64,000 bases of DNA from Chiloscyllium plagiosum (taxonomy: Eukaryota): positions 63,140,225-63,204,224 of the forward strand of contig NC_057718.1 of assembly GCF_004010195.1 (NCBI RefSeq), given 5' to 3'. Position numbers and translations under genes: made by a program. Below are positions 50,421 through 61,700 of the stretch, piece after piece (the first letter of the stretch is position 1; each line of letters begins with the position of its first letter). The notes beneath the pieces were generated by a model. The model made no database searches, had not been told where the DNA came from, and saw nothing but the letters and a program-made list of their open reading frames with translations.

Positions 50421-51495
50421 TCATCATAATTTTTTACACCCATAGGTGGGGTATGCCAGGTTTTCGCTGGGGTGATGGACTCGGGGATTAAACTATGGGC
50501 AGCTAGTGCGTGTCTTGCCTGAGTGACTTATTCAAGGGGGAATATACTGATGTCTTTTGACCAGTTGGTTCAGAAATATGGGTTGCCCAGTATGGACGAC
50601 TTCTGTTTTTTTTTTCAAATTAAAAGTTTCATACAAAAAGAGACCAGACTTCTAATCGATCCTTATAGATCTGACATGGAGAAAAGGGTCCTGAGTGCTG
50701 AGAACACACTTTCTATCAGCAATATCTATCACCTATTGGGAGAGGGTCCCTCGGACGAGTCGGACCAATTCTGTAAGGTGTGGGAGAGGGAGCTGGATGT
50801 TGAAATCTGTCCTGAAGTATGGGAGGATATCTGGGAAAATGCAAGGAGGATCTTCATTTGCAACAGGACCATGTCTCGCAATTGAAAATTCTCCATAGGG
50901 TCCACTTGGATCCAGACCACCTTTCAAAATTTAAACTGTGAGTATCTCCAATGTGTCCTAAATGCAAAATGAGTATGGGTATGCTCACTCATTGTCTCTG
51001 GTCCTCCCACAGGTTGTGGGTATACTGGAGTGATGTGGTCAGTGAAATAGAGAGGGTCTTGAATGGGCAGGTGGAGTTGGACCTGGTATCTCTTCTTCTT
51101 GGTCTTATTAACCCTCTTCCATTGGATGTGCACAAAATAAAGCGTTTCCGTATCCTCACTTTTTGTGCATGAATAAACATTCTATTAGGTTGGGTGCCCC
51201 AAAAACCCCCAGGGGTGTCGGGCTGGCGTATGCTCGTCATGGAGCACATCCTCTGGGACGTTCTTACAAGTATGGTGCACCATAAAACTGAGAATTTTTA
51301 TAAGATGTTGGGGACTATTTTGGACTACTCGGGTGCGGATTTGTTTGCCATTCTAATAAGTGCCTTTATATAGCCATGACAATGCTGTTTAATGAGTCTG
51401 GTATCCAGAGAGGAGGAGCTACAAACACGTGAATATGTAGAAATTTACGCTCTCGATAGTCGAGTGCTATTATTATGTTTCGTTGAGCTGTATTG

Positions 51496-51519
51496 TTATT
51501 ATTATTATTATTATTATTA
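51496..51519. repeat. (TTA)n microsatellite
   Basis: Eight TTA units in the L1 3'UTR. Confidence 0.9.
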
Positions 51520-52559
51520 CTGTCTTTTAATTACTAGTTATTGTTTATTTAATTATATAATTTGTGGGTTTCTGTGTATTGTTTTGAATCGTTTTGGTTT
51601 GTATTTGTTGTGATATTCAAGAAATTCTTTCTTTTTTCTTTAATAAAAATATATTTAAAAGAAAAGGACATATCTATGAAGCAGCCATTTGAAATCCCCA
51701 GCTACATTTATTTTGTAATCATTTCATTGCCCATGCAATTATACATGCAGATTGAAGGTGCATAAGGATAAAATACTCATCAAAGGCCATTTCCATCCTG
51801 CCATTGGTGCTTACAAATTGAATATTTGCATCTCAGTGCTGAAGAAGTTAGCAGCAATTACTTAAAAACAGGCTAAGACTGGTCAAAGAGTAAATCATAA
51901 TCTTCCAAGTATTTGTGAGAGGTGGAGATGATTTTTCATCATCTATTATGTAAATTTAACAATTATCTATACTGACTACAAAGAAAAGTTGAATGAGTAA
52001 TATGAGTCTGGGATGGTAAGATTGTTGGAGCACAGCAGGCATCCCATTTTAATGTACTGTGTTGTTCACACAGCCAGTATCACACCCTCACCAAGTTGGT
52101 GCACTTACTGAGGCCCTTGTTATCAGGGTGCTGCTTGTCTTGTTATATGGAGGAGAGTGCAACTGTCGTCTGCAGGGTGTGCCACCAATCCACTTCTGAG
52201 ACCTAAGAACCTCTTTCACTCCTTGTGTTCTCAACATTGATTGTTTCCAGCAAGAGTCCTGTGCCCATTTACTGATAGGATGCTAGTCACTGTGGCTGCC
52301 TTCATAAGAAGGTAAAGGTGGATGCAGAAGAACCAGGGCTAACAGCAAGCTCGAAAGCAGTAGCAGTCCACTGTAAAGGGCGAGGAGTACCTAGCTTAGA
52401 GAGATGTTACATCATTCAGGGTGCATGGGTTCCACAGGAGGTTCAGAGCTTTTTGGCTCTGACTCCATTTCCTGGGGATGAATGAGGTACAGTGTCAACA
52501 CAAGCTGCATATGCTCAGGGCCACTATGAAAGAATTTTGCTGGATGCTGGAACACGACT

Positions 52560-53020
52560 TGAGGTCTGCAGGAGAGGGAGGCCATCCTCTGCTGGCAAAT
52601 GTAAAGGTGACAGCTGCTTTGAAATTCTATGTGACTGGCTACTTCCAAGAGTGACAGGAGACCTTGTGAGATCTCTCAGTCACACATCTATAAATGCATC
52701 AGGACAGTGACCAATGGTACTTTTGCAAGAACACATGTTTTATTCATTCTGTTTCTCCCTAATGAGGTCAGTGCTGCAGCTCAGGCAGTACAATTCAAAA
52801 TGTAATTGGTTCCTCCAAGTACAAGTTGCCATTGACTCCACACACATGCCATTGAGAGGATCACATTACAACGCTGCAGAATTTATTAATATGAAGAGAT
52901 TTCAACCAGTGATATCACGGTTATTGGTGATCACCCTTATCACCTCTTGGAGGTGTGTCCCCTCTCACCCTGCCGTCCTAGAGCACTCTTGTGTTCCTGG
53001 TGCATTTGATAAGATACAAT
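52560..53020 (+). mobile_element. PIF/Harbinger (HARBI1-like) transposase relic
   Basis: FLQVQVAIDSTHMPLR....EFINMKRF resembles the family motif FPxVxGAIDCTHxxI....YxNRKGF. Confidence 0.65.
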
Positions 53021-53129
53021 GCTAAATCTTGCTGGGCCTCATAGTGAGAATACCTCCAAAACACTTGATGCAATTCGCACTTAGCCAAAAGAACATAAGA
53101 TTCAGGTCATGGCCTCTGTTCCTGTACGA

Positions 53130-54210
53130 TTTTCACTGTCTCACCTGTTTCAGGTTTTCTTTTTCTTGTTGGCATACCTCACACTTTACCAGACTCAATT
53201 TCCACTTTCCACTTGCTGCAAACTTGACATTAATAATCCATTGATAGTTCCCTGCAATTTACAGCTTTATTTTCTCACTATCAACTGCATAGCCAATTTT
53301 TGTTCCATCTGCAAAATTCTTAATCATGCCTCCTGTTTTTCAGTCTAAATGAGTGATATATACCACAAACGTCAAGGGGCTAGAACTAAGCCAATGAAAC
53401 TTCACAAGAAATAATTTTCAGGATAATTAGAGGCTACTACATCTATTAAGAGAATGCTGTATCACTATACGAATTAAAGGATTATATAGGTTACAAAATG
53501 AGATGTGAGCTATAGGGTTGCTACCGTAAATAATCTGATGGACCAAATGTCATTTGTCTGTGTTATAAAATTCAACGGTGATGTTATACATGTAATTCCT
53601 GCACATTTATTTTGTTATGTGTTATGAACATATGAATTTGGAGCAGAAGTAGTTATTCAGTCCCTCATGGCTGCTTCACCACTCATTAGGATCATGAATG
53701 ATCTGTTTGTGTTTTGAATTCCACGTTTCCATTTATCCTAGTAATGTTTGATTCCCTCACGTAACAAAACTATTTCTGCCCCCACTTGAAACTATTCAAT
53801 GTTGCAACTTCCGCTGCCTTCCACTGCCTTCTGAGGCAGACAGTTCCAAAGTTGCCTAAACTGGAGGAAAAACGACACCTAACCTTTGTCCCCTAAAAGG
53901 GCCACCCCTATCTTTGATTAGAGCCCCCAAGTTCTGGACTTGCCCACAAGAGGAAAGCTTATTTCTACGTGAATCATGCAGGATTTTATGTACTGCAATC
54001 AAGTCACACCTCACTCTTCTAAATTCCAGTGAAGATCCAACCTTACCCCTTAAGACAATCTGTGCATTTCAAGAATCAATCTCATAAACCTCCTCTAAAC
54101 CACTTCCAAAATATTTACATCCTTCCATAAATAAGGAGATCAAACCTGCATACAGTATTTGAGATATGGCCTCATCAATGCACAATATGACTGTAACATT
54201 CTCCCTTTTA
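53130..54210 (-). mobile_element. Old CR1 fragments
   Basis: KILQMEQ/FAD-like relic and CR1 3'UTR (atgaacatatgaatttggagcagaagtag). Confidence 0.6.
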
Positions 54211-54822
54211 TATTAACAGAAAATTCTGATGAAACTCAGCAAGTCTGAAGCATATGTGGAGCAAGAAACAGAGTTAACATTTTGAGTCCTTTATGACTTC
54301 TTCTGCAATTACCTATGTCCTCTTTACAGCATATTTTCCTACCTTATCTTTTGCATCATCTCAACTTCAGCTGTCATACCTTAGTTCCTTTCATTTGGTC
54401 TTTGATATAAATTATAAAAACTGAGACTCCTGCATCACATCCTGCCAGTTAGAAAAATCACTCATTGACACCAATGACATAGGTCAAAAGAGAGATGGGA
54501 TCTTGAGGCAGAAATTCAGGGGGCTAGGGTGGAAGCTTAGAGCTAGGACAAACCAAGTTTTTTTCTCTGGTTTGCTGCCCGTGCCGTGTGCTCGTGAGGT
54601 GAGGAATAGGGAGAGAAAGGAGTTGAACACGTGGATACAGGGATGGTGCAGGAGGGAGGGTTTCAGGTTTTTGGATAATTGGAGCTCTTTCTGGGGTAGG
54701 TGGGACCTCTACAAGCAGGATGGTCTTCATCTAAACCAGAGGGGTACCAATATCCTGGGTGGGAAATTCGTTATAGCTATTAAGGTAGATTTAAACTAAT
54801 ACAGCAGGGGGATGGGAACCAA

Positions 54823-54861
54823 AATTCCTGAAGAAGGGCTTATGCCCGAAACGTCGATTCT
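54823..54861 (+). ncRNA. Minimal type I hammerhead ribozyme, intact core
   Basis: CUGAAGA 54828-54834, stem II GGGC/GCCC, GAAA 54848-54851, ACGU palindromic stem III, GUC cleavage triplet ending at 54855. Confidence 0.8.
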
Positions 54862-54951
54862 CCTGTTCCCTGGATGCAGCCTGACCTGCTGCGCTTTTCC
54901 AGCAACACATTTCCAGCTCTGATCTCCAGCATCTGCAGACCTCACTTTCTC
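54827..54951 (+). mobile_element. 125-nt hammerhead-bearing retroelement with 10-bp TSD
   Basis: AACCAAAATT at 54817-54826 and 54952-54961; begins C CTGAAGA A GGGC TTAT GCCC GAAA CG TC GATTC. Confidence 0.88.
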
Positions 54952-55634
54952 AACCAAAATTGTAGGACAGGTACAGAAGAGGATGAGAGTAGGGAGTTCC
55001 AAAATCAAGTATCTGACACTGGCAAGTGAGAACTTGGTTTGAAGTGTGTGTACTTCAACGCGAGGAGCATCCGAAATAAAGTGGGTGAACTGGTAGCGTG
55101 GGTTGGTACCTGGGACTTCGATGTTGTGGCCATTACGGAGACATGGATAGAGCAGGGACAGGAATGGCTGTTGCAGGTTCCGGGATTCCGATGTTTCAGT
55201 AAGAATAGAGAAGATAGTAAAAGAGGGGGAGGTGTGGCATTGTTGATCAGGGACAATAGTACAGTTGTAGAAAGGATGTTTGGGGACTTGTTAACTGAGG
55301 TAGTATGGGCTGAGGTTAGAAACAAGAAAGGAGAAGTCACCATGCTGGGAGTTTTCTATAGACCTCCGAATAGTCCTAGAAATGTAGAGGAAAGGATAGC
55401 AAAGATGATTCTTGATAGGAGTGAGAGAGGTAGGGTAGTTGTCATGGGGGACTTCAACTATCCAAATATTGACTGGGATCACTACAGTACGAGTACTATA
55501 GATGGGTCCGTTTTTGTCCAGTGGCTTCCTGACACAGTATGTAGACAGGCCTACAAGGGGCGAAGCTACTTTAGATTTAGTACTGGGTAACGAGCCTGGC
55601 CAGGTGTTAGATTTGAAAGTAGGTGAGCACTTTG

Positions 55635-55704
55635 GAAACGTCGCTTCCTGCTCCTCGGATGCTTCCTGATCTGCTGTGCTTTTCCAGCATCACACTTTTC
55701 GACT
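55635..55704 (+). mobile_element. Truncated copy of the hammerhead-bearing element
   Basis: gaaacgtcg..ttcctgctcctcggatgc..ctgctgtgcttttccagc. Confidence 0.7.
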
Positions 55705-55749
55705 ATTGTACTGTACAGTCTTCACATATGGAGAACAAACTAACTTGGA

Positions 55750-56560
55750 GTTTGACTTGCAACAAACACAGAGTCAATTCTTACTTATCCACCATACTAT
55801 TTACATGTATTTGAGGCACCAGGAGGGTCTGAGACCTGAATAGACTTTCATTATACTTTGGCAGAAAGCCCTTAGATAGTGGTCTTTTCCCATTGCACTT
55901 TGGCAGCAACTGTGCCAAGCTTTAGTGCATCCCTCAGTATGTAGTCCTACCTTGGAACATGCTAGCCTGCAACACAGGTTGAAGTCAACTCTTTGCACTG
56001 GAAGACCAGCAAAGTTTGGGCAGACCAAAGAGTGTCTTTCACTGAATTGATGGTCCTCCAGGCACAGTCAATGTTTGTCTCAGTGTGCATCCTGGGGAAC
56101 AGACTGTAGAACACAGCGTCCTGCATCTCAGAGCTGCCTGGGATGAACCTCAACAAAAACCACTGCAACTTTCTCCAGACTTTCTTTGCACTGGCAGTGT
56201 ATGGTGGTGGAGACAGTCTGGGCATACACGGAGGATCTCATGGGTAGCGAATGCCCTTCTTACCACCGGCCAAGCAATGTCTTGGTGCTTGTTGCAAAGT
56301 TCTGGCGGTGACACAGTTGGCTCAAGGAACAACTTGACAGGGTCCACCCTCTCGTCTTCCTGCAGGGTCTCATGGATGTTATATGCTGACCACTGCCTGA
56401 TAGACTTTTGGTCAAAGGTGTTTCTTTCACAAATTTTTCACAAAGGACAGATGATACAGAAAGACCAGGCTCATCCTTCACAACACTGTGGACAGGTAGA
56501 ACCTCAGTATGTAGCAACACTTGGGATATGAGTGATGCTGGCAAAGCCACATTTTTTTAA
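55750..56560 (-). mobile_element. Tx1/L1-like LINE ORF2 3' relic
   Basis: ELCNKHQDIAW, AKKVWRKLQ, WRTINSVKDTLWSA; AT-rich tail. Confidence 0.6.
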
Positions 56561-58203
56561 CCATTTTTTACTTATTTTAAATGAGGTGACAATAAGCATT
56601 CTCCTTAAACTACCTTTGATGTTATTGCTATGGTGCTTGTGTAATGGTGTTAGGAAACAACAGATCAGTGAGAATATATGTCCAGGATGATCTATTACTT
56701 GGAAGCAATTGGTGTAGCCACAGTTTAAATTTGCATTGGGTTTCAAAATAACAACAAAATCAAATTTTTATATAATTTATTCATAGGATGAGGATATCCC
56801 TGTTTATTGCCCATCCTTAATTGCCCTTGGATGGTCAAAAATGTTTTCTCATTTTCTTAATAATTTAGAAGATCAAAATAACTTCAATTTACACAACACC
56901 AGGATGTTCAAAAGATTTCACAATGTAGCCACTGTTAAAACACAGCAGTGACTTTGTATGCAACATCTAAACTAAGTAGATGCTATTTTTGGAGTAATGT
57001 TTCAGGGTTAAATAATGATCTGGCAAACTCCTCTGCTTGTCTTAGAATAGTTTGTTAGTTACTTCTGAGAAGACATGTTTGCCCTGACAATAATTATCTT
57101 TCAAACTTTGTCTTCCCCAAGTCGCCTCTTTAATGATTTGAATGGTCCCAACCCACAGCTTATGCTATGACTTTATGCTGGGATCGTACAAGGAAGTAGA
57201 CCCCAAGTTTACCTCAGCTGGAAAGTGTTATTCTGAACCACATGCCAGCTGTCTAACCAACTGAGTTAACTGGCTTCCTGCTATCTTAATTATCATCTTG
57301 AAATGCTGACCTGAATTATGTACTGAAGTCCTGGAGTGAGTCTTGAACCAATGAATTTCTAACTCAAGGAAGAGTATTGCCAATGAACCAAGACTGATTT
57401 TGAAATTTAGCAATAAATATTCAATAAATAAATGCATTTGCTAATTTAGAACTGACACCTTTTTCATGACTTACTCTAAACCCTATATAGGAAACCATGT
57501 AAACTGAATTCAAAATTGAAGATGCATTAACATAAAAAGACCAGCATGTGTCATTCAATATCTGCATTAATTCAAATTGCAAATTTAGAGAAACATCAGT
57601 TTGGTTCTAATTTGGATTTCTTCCAATCTGCCGGAAGTACAATCTACTAATACAAACATGCATATTTTCACTTGTCTAGTTTTGCCATGGCAATTTGAGG
57701 AGAATTTGAAGAATTCAACTCAGTGTGATAGAGGGGCTAAGTTCAAAAATTTAGGATTGAGATTTAAAATACTCCCATCATTCTCCTTTCCCAGAAACTA
57801 TTTGAAGGAGTTTTTGCAGGACACAAACTTCTTTTACAGTCCAGGCTTAATTCATAGCATTGCATAATACCTCTAACGCAAAAAAATCTGGCCATACAAT
57901 ACAACCTGTTTTATGTTACTATTTATATTGCATGGGCTAAAACTTCATTTCCCAATGTTTGCTCAGATTTGCAACTTGCTTACGCCAGTTCCATTAGAGG
58001 TGGACAGCACAAGGATTTAGTGCTCCTTCCTCAATTATTTGACAGTAGTGTAGTTCCAAGTGGGTTCCCAGTTATTGGTATCTTCTTTGCATTGCTCACT
58101 ACCTATACTCAGCAGAGCACTGAATAGTCTTTACTGAACTCACCCTGTAAAGAGTCATAGAATCAAATAGCACAGAAATCAACCCTTCAGCCCTTGTCCA
58201 TGC

Positions 58204-58785
58204 TGTGATGACGCTGCTCCTTTAACAAGGTTATGTTGTCCTTGGTATTTTGTTCAGAGGGATCATAAAGTCATGGGTTTATCTACTTGAAGAAGCTTTT
58301 AAGTTTTAAAAAAATACTTGTACAATGAAAAAGAGTGACTAGTTTTTCCAGCTGCTTTTCTCTGGTTTGGTTTGGTTTGCTTTAGCAATTGGTCTATTCA
58401 GAGCTGTGGGGTCCATTTAATCTGGGAAATCCAAAGAAACAGCTACAGTAGAAGGAGGTTCCATGCTAAATCTCTCTGCCACCTCTCCCTCCTGGAAGAA
58501 CCTGTGTCTGATTTTACCTTTTTGCCAAGGAGGTATTTATGTTGCAGACATTTGGAACAGCATCATTAAGTTGGGATAGTCTATTGGGTTTTTGGATAGG
58601 TTAAGTTCTTCTATATTCTCTTCTCTTTTGTTTGTATTTCATTCGGTACTCTGTAAATAAATTCTGTTTTGTTTAAAACAGAGGGGTTTTGACCAGCTGC
58701 ATCAGTCCTGGACTATCCACTGTACACCTACTTAAAACAACTAGCTTCCGAAATGTTTTGAGGGGGTCTGGCCCAGCCCATAATA
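58204..58785 (+). mobile_element. 5' LTR of the Gmr1-type element
   Basis: Starts TGTGATG, contains AATAAA (~58656), ends CCATAATA; followed by a PBS-like GATTGAGGGCTC and gag. Confidence 0.6.
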
Positions 58786-61700
58786 GATTGAGGGCTCTTT
58801 ACAAGATTTGTTCTATAATTTCAATTTGGGATTAGGGTTGCTGGACTCAAAGGCAGCGAGCGGTAGGTGTTAGTGTCTTTTGTTCTGGGTGCTGATTTTG
58901 GTTGTTTAAACAGTGCTTGAGATAGCAATGGCTCTTTCAGTCATTAGGAGTTTTCTGGGGGTGGATGAAGTGACTTTGGGGGTTTTACAAAAGGTAAACA
59001 AGACAACACTGTTGGAATTGGTAATTCTGAAAATGACAGTGCCACCAAAGAAAATGTGTCTTTTACCGAAATAGCTTAACATTTAAATGTGCTGGAAAGG
59101 CCATTACAATCTTTAACATTGCTGAAAAAGTTCTAGAGTTTGAAGATGCTTCCCAAATCTGCCAAGAAAATTTTTAGAAAGACAGAGGAAAGATATACTT
59201 TTAGAATTAGCAAACACTTATGAATTGGGTTTAACTTGGGACAAAAGGAAAGCTGAAATTGTAATGTAGTTGGTCAAGTGCTTGGATATATCAAAGAAAC
59301 AGAGAAATGCAGTGGAGTTAGAAAAACCTAAATTGCAAGTGAGGCAACAGGAGTTCGAAGATAAAGAAAGGGAACGAAGAGCCATGTTAGAAGATAAAGG
59401 AAGAGAAGGTTTTTAGCTTCACAAAAAGAAAGGAGAGGAAGGCCCTAGTAGATGAAAGAGAAAAAGAACAACTCACGTTAGCAGAACAGAAAGAAGGAGA
59501 GAGAAAAGGAGAGAGCAGAAAGGAAGAAAAAGAGAGTTTGAACTTTAGAAATTGGCACTTAGACAGGAAAGTCAGCTTAAGAGGATGGAGATGAAGGCTG
59601 AAGGTAAGTTTAATGAAGAAGAGAGTGAGGTTAAGCAAATCCATAGTAGCCAAAGGCCTGGTGAGAATCAGTTTAAATATATTCAATCATTGCCTAAATT
59701 TGATGAGAAGGATATGGAAGCCTTTTTCCTCTCATTTGAACAGGTGACTAAACAAATGCAGTGGCCAGTGACCATGTGGGTTTTATTGATCCAAACAAAA
59801 CTTGTGGGTAGAACGAGTGAGGTATTTGCATCACTGCCAGAAGATGTATCTGGGGCATATGAGGAAAGCCATCTTAAGTACATATGAGCTTGTGCCAGCA
59901 GCCTACAGATAATATTTCAGGAATTTAACGAGGGACCCTGGTCAAACAACATTGAGTTTGAAAGGATCAAACAAAGTGCTTATGATAGGTGGATAAATTC
60001 ACTTCCTAAGGTAGTGAGAACTCATGTGGAAGAGCAGAGAGTTAAAATGGCATGATGAACAGCTGAAATGGCTGATGATTGTGAGTTGGTCCATAAATGA
60101 AAGTTTGGTTTCCAACATCAATTTCGATCCATGAGGGATAGAAATTGGGGAAAAGAGAAATCCTCACGTGGTAAGGGAAAAGTAGATCTCAGTGAAGATC
60201 ATAAGGATAACCTATCACAGGGTGAAAAGGAAGCCCTTGAAGGGAAAGAGAAGTTAAAAAGCTCTGGTGTTTTCACTGCAATAAAGTAGGCCACTTGAAA
60301 TCACAGTGTTAGTGGTTAGAAAAAGCACTGGCAAGTCAGATGTAGGAAAATAGGATAAGCCAGTGAATTTTGATGGAGTGGTAATGGAAAACACAGTGGA
60401 GCCTAAAAAGCTGCACCAGAATGTATGACCTGGTCAGAGGTTGGTTAAAGAGGAAGTGTCAGATCTTCTAAAATCATATACTTGTGAAGGTAAAGTTTAC
60501 TTGTGTAGACCAGGAACAACAGGGAAAGAGGTTACAATATTAAGAGATACAGAATCCTCTCAATTTTTGAAGTTGAAAGATGAGAAGATATGTAACTCTG
60601 AAGGACTATTGCCAGAAAAGGTGCTAGTAATGGGAATTCACAGTGAGACAAGAAGTGCTCAATCATATAGCCTGAGGTTAGCGTGTCCAGTAAGGAGTGG
60701 AGAGGGAGTAGTGTGGTAGGAGTGCTGGACAAACTCTCAGCTCCAGGAATATATTTTGTCCTTGCTAATGATATAACTGGTTCACATATGGGAGTGCTGG
60801 CTACTGTAGTTGAAAAGTTAATGGAAATTCAGGCAACTGAACTATTAAAAGACAAATATTCTCAGATTTTTCCTGACTGTGTGGTAACAAGGTCATAAAG
60901 TCACCTGTTGAAACAGGAGAGATCAAAGAGTATAGATAAGAAAGTTGAAATAGAATTAGCAGAGACCGTCTTTGATCAAATGGTTGACGCAAAACAGGAG
61001 CAAATAACTGACAAAGTAAAAATATTTAACTCAGATAAATTAACTGAGTTACATACAGCAGAAAGATGAAAATTTAAAGCAAATGTATCAAAAGGCATAG
61101 AACATAGAACATAGAACATAGAAGAATACAGCGCAGTACAGGCCCTTTGGCCCTCGATGTTGCGCCGATCCAAGCCCACCTAACCTATACTAACCCACTA
61201 TCCTCCATATACCTATCCAATGCCCGCTTAAATGCCCATAAAGAGGGAGAGTCCACCACTGCTGCTGGCAGGGCATTCCATGAACTTACGACTCGCTGAG
61301 TGAAGAACCTACCCCTAACTTCAGTCCTATATCTACCCCCAAGATGAAGGAGACCCAGGACCTCCATGTCCTCGGCAGAGTGGGAGAGGGAGTTGAAATG
61401 TTGGGCCACAGGGCAGTTGGGTGTCAACTAGCCTAGTAAGTTCCCAATATTATCTACAGGACATGTGCATATACTTCTGACTAGAGGGGTGTCATTTGCT
61501 ACCTATGGAGAGGGAAAGAAATACCTCAACGGCCTAACTCATGTAATGTAAGCCAGCAATCCCAAAAAAATAAAAAATAAAAAAAAATTTAAAAAAAAAT
61601 AAACGGAAGAAGAATCTGAATGTATCCCTGAATACTACTACCTTAAAAATGATGTCTTAATGAGGAAATGGAAACCATTATGTATTCAGGCAGAGGAGAA

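Larger units (their letters stand above)
43273..51665 (+). mobile_element. Near full-length decayed L1-clade LINE (ORF1 ~43343-44050, ORF2 ~44523-51375) with nested inserts
   Basis: Coiled-coil ORF1; EN CNIKG..LQDTHL, SRGVAIL, DVWR, TRID; RT KAPSPD, QTGFI, SLDAEKAFDRV, QGCPLSP, YAVD; CPKC..THCLW knuckle; AATAAA + A-rich end at 51642-51665. Confidence 0.9.
54465..55635 (+). mobile_element. CR1 LINE 5' fragment: ORF1 SGNH-esterase end and ORF2 endonuclease
   Basis: FSGLLP..LNTW..FLDNW..DGLHLN.RG; CVYFNARSI, ITETW, KRGGGVAL, YRPPN, GDFNYP. Confidence 0.92.

Noticed and set aside
28000..58200. Neighbouring protein-coding gene upstream of XPO1
   Set aside because: No recognisable non-TE exon found; small exons could have been missed by eye
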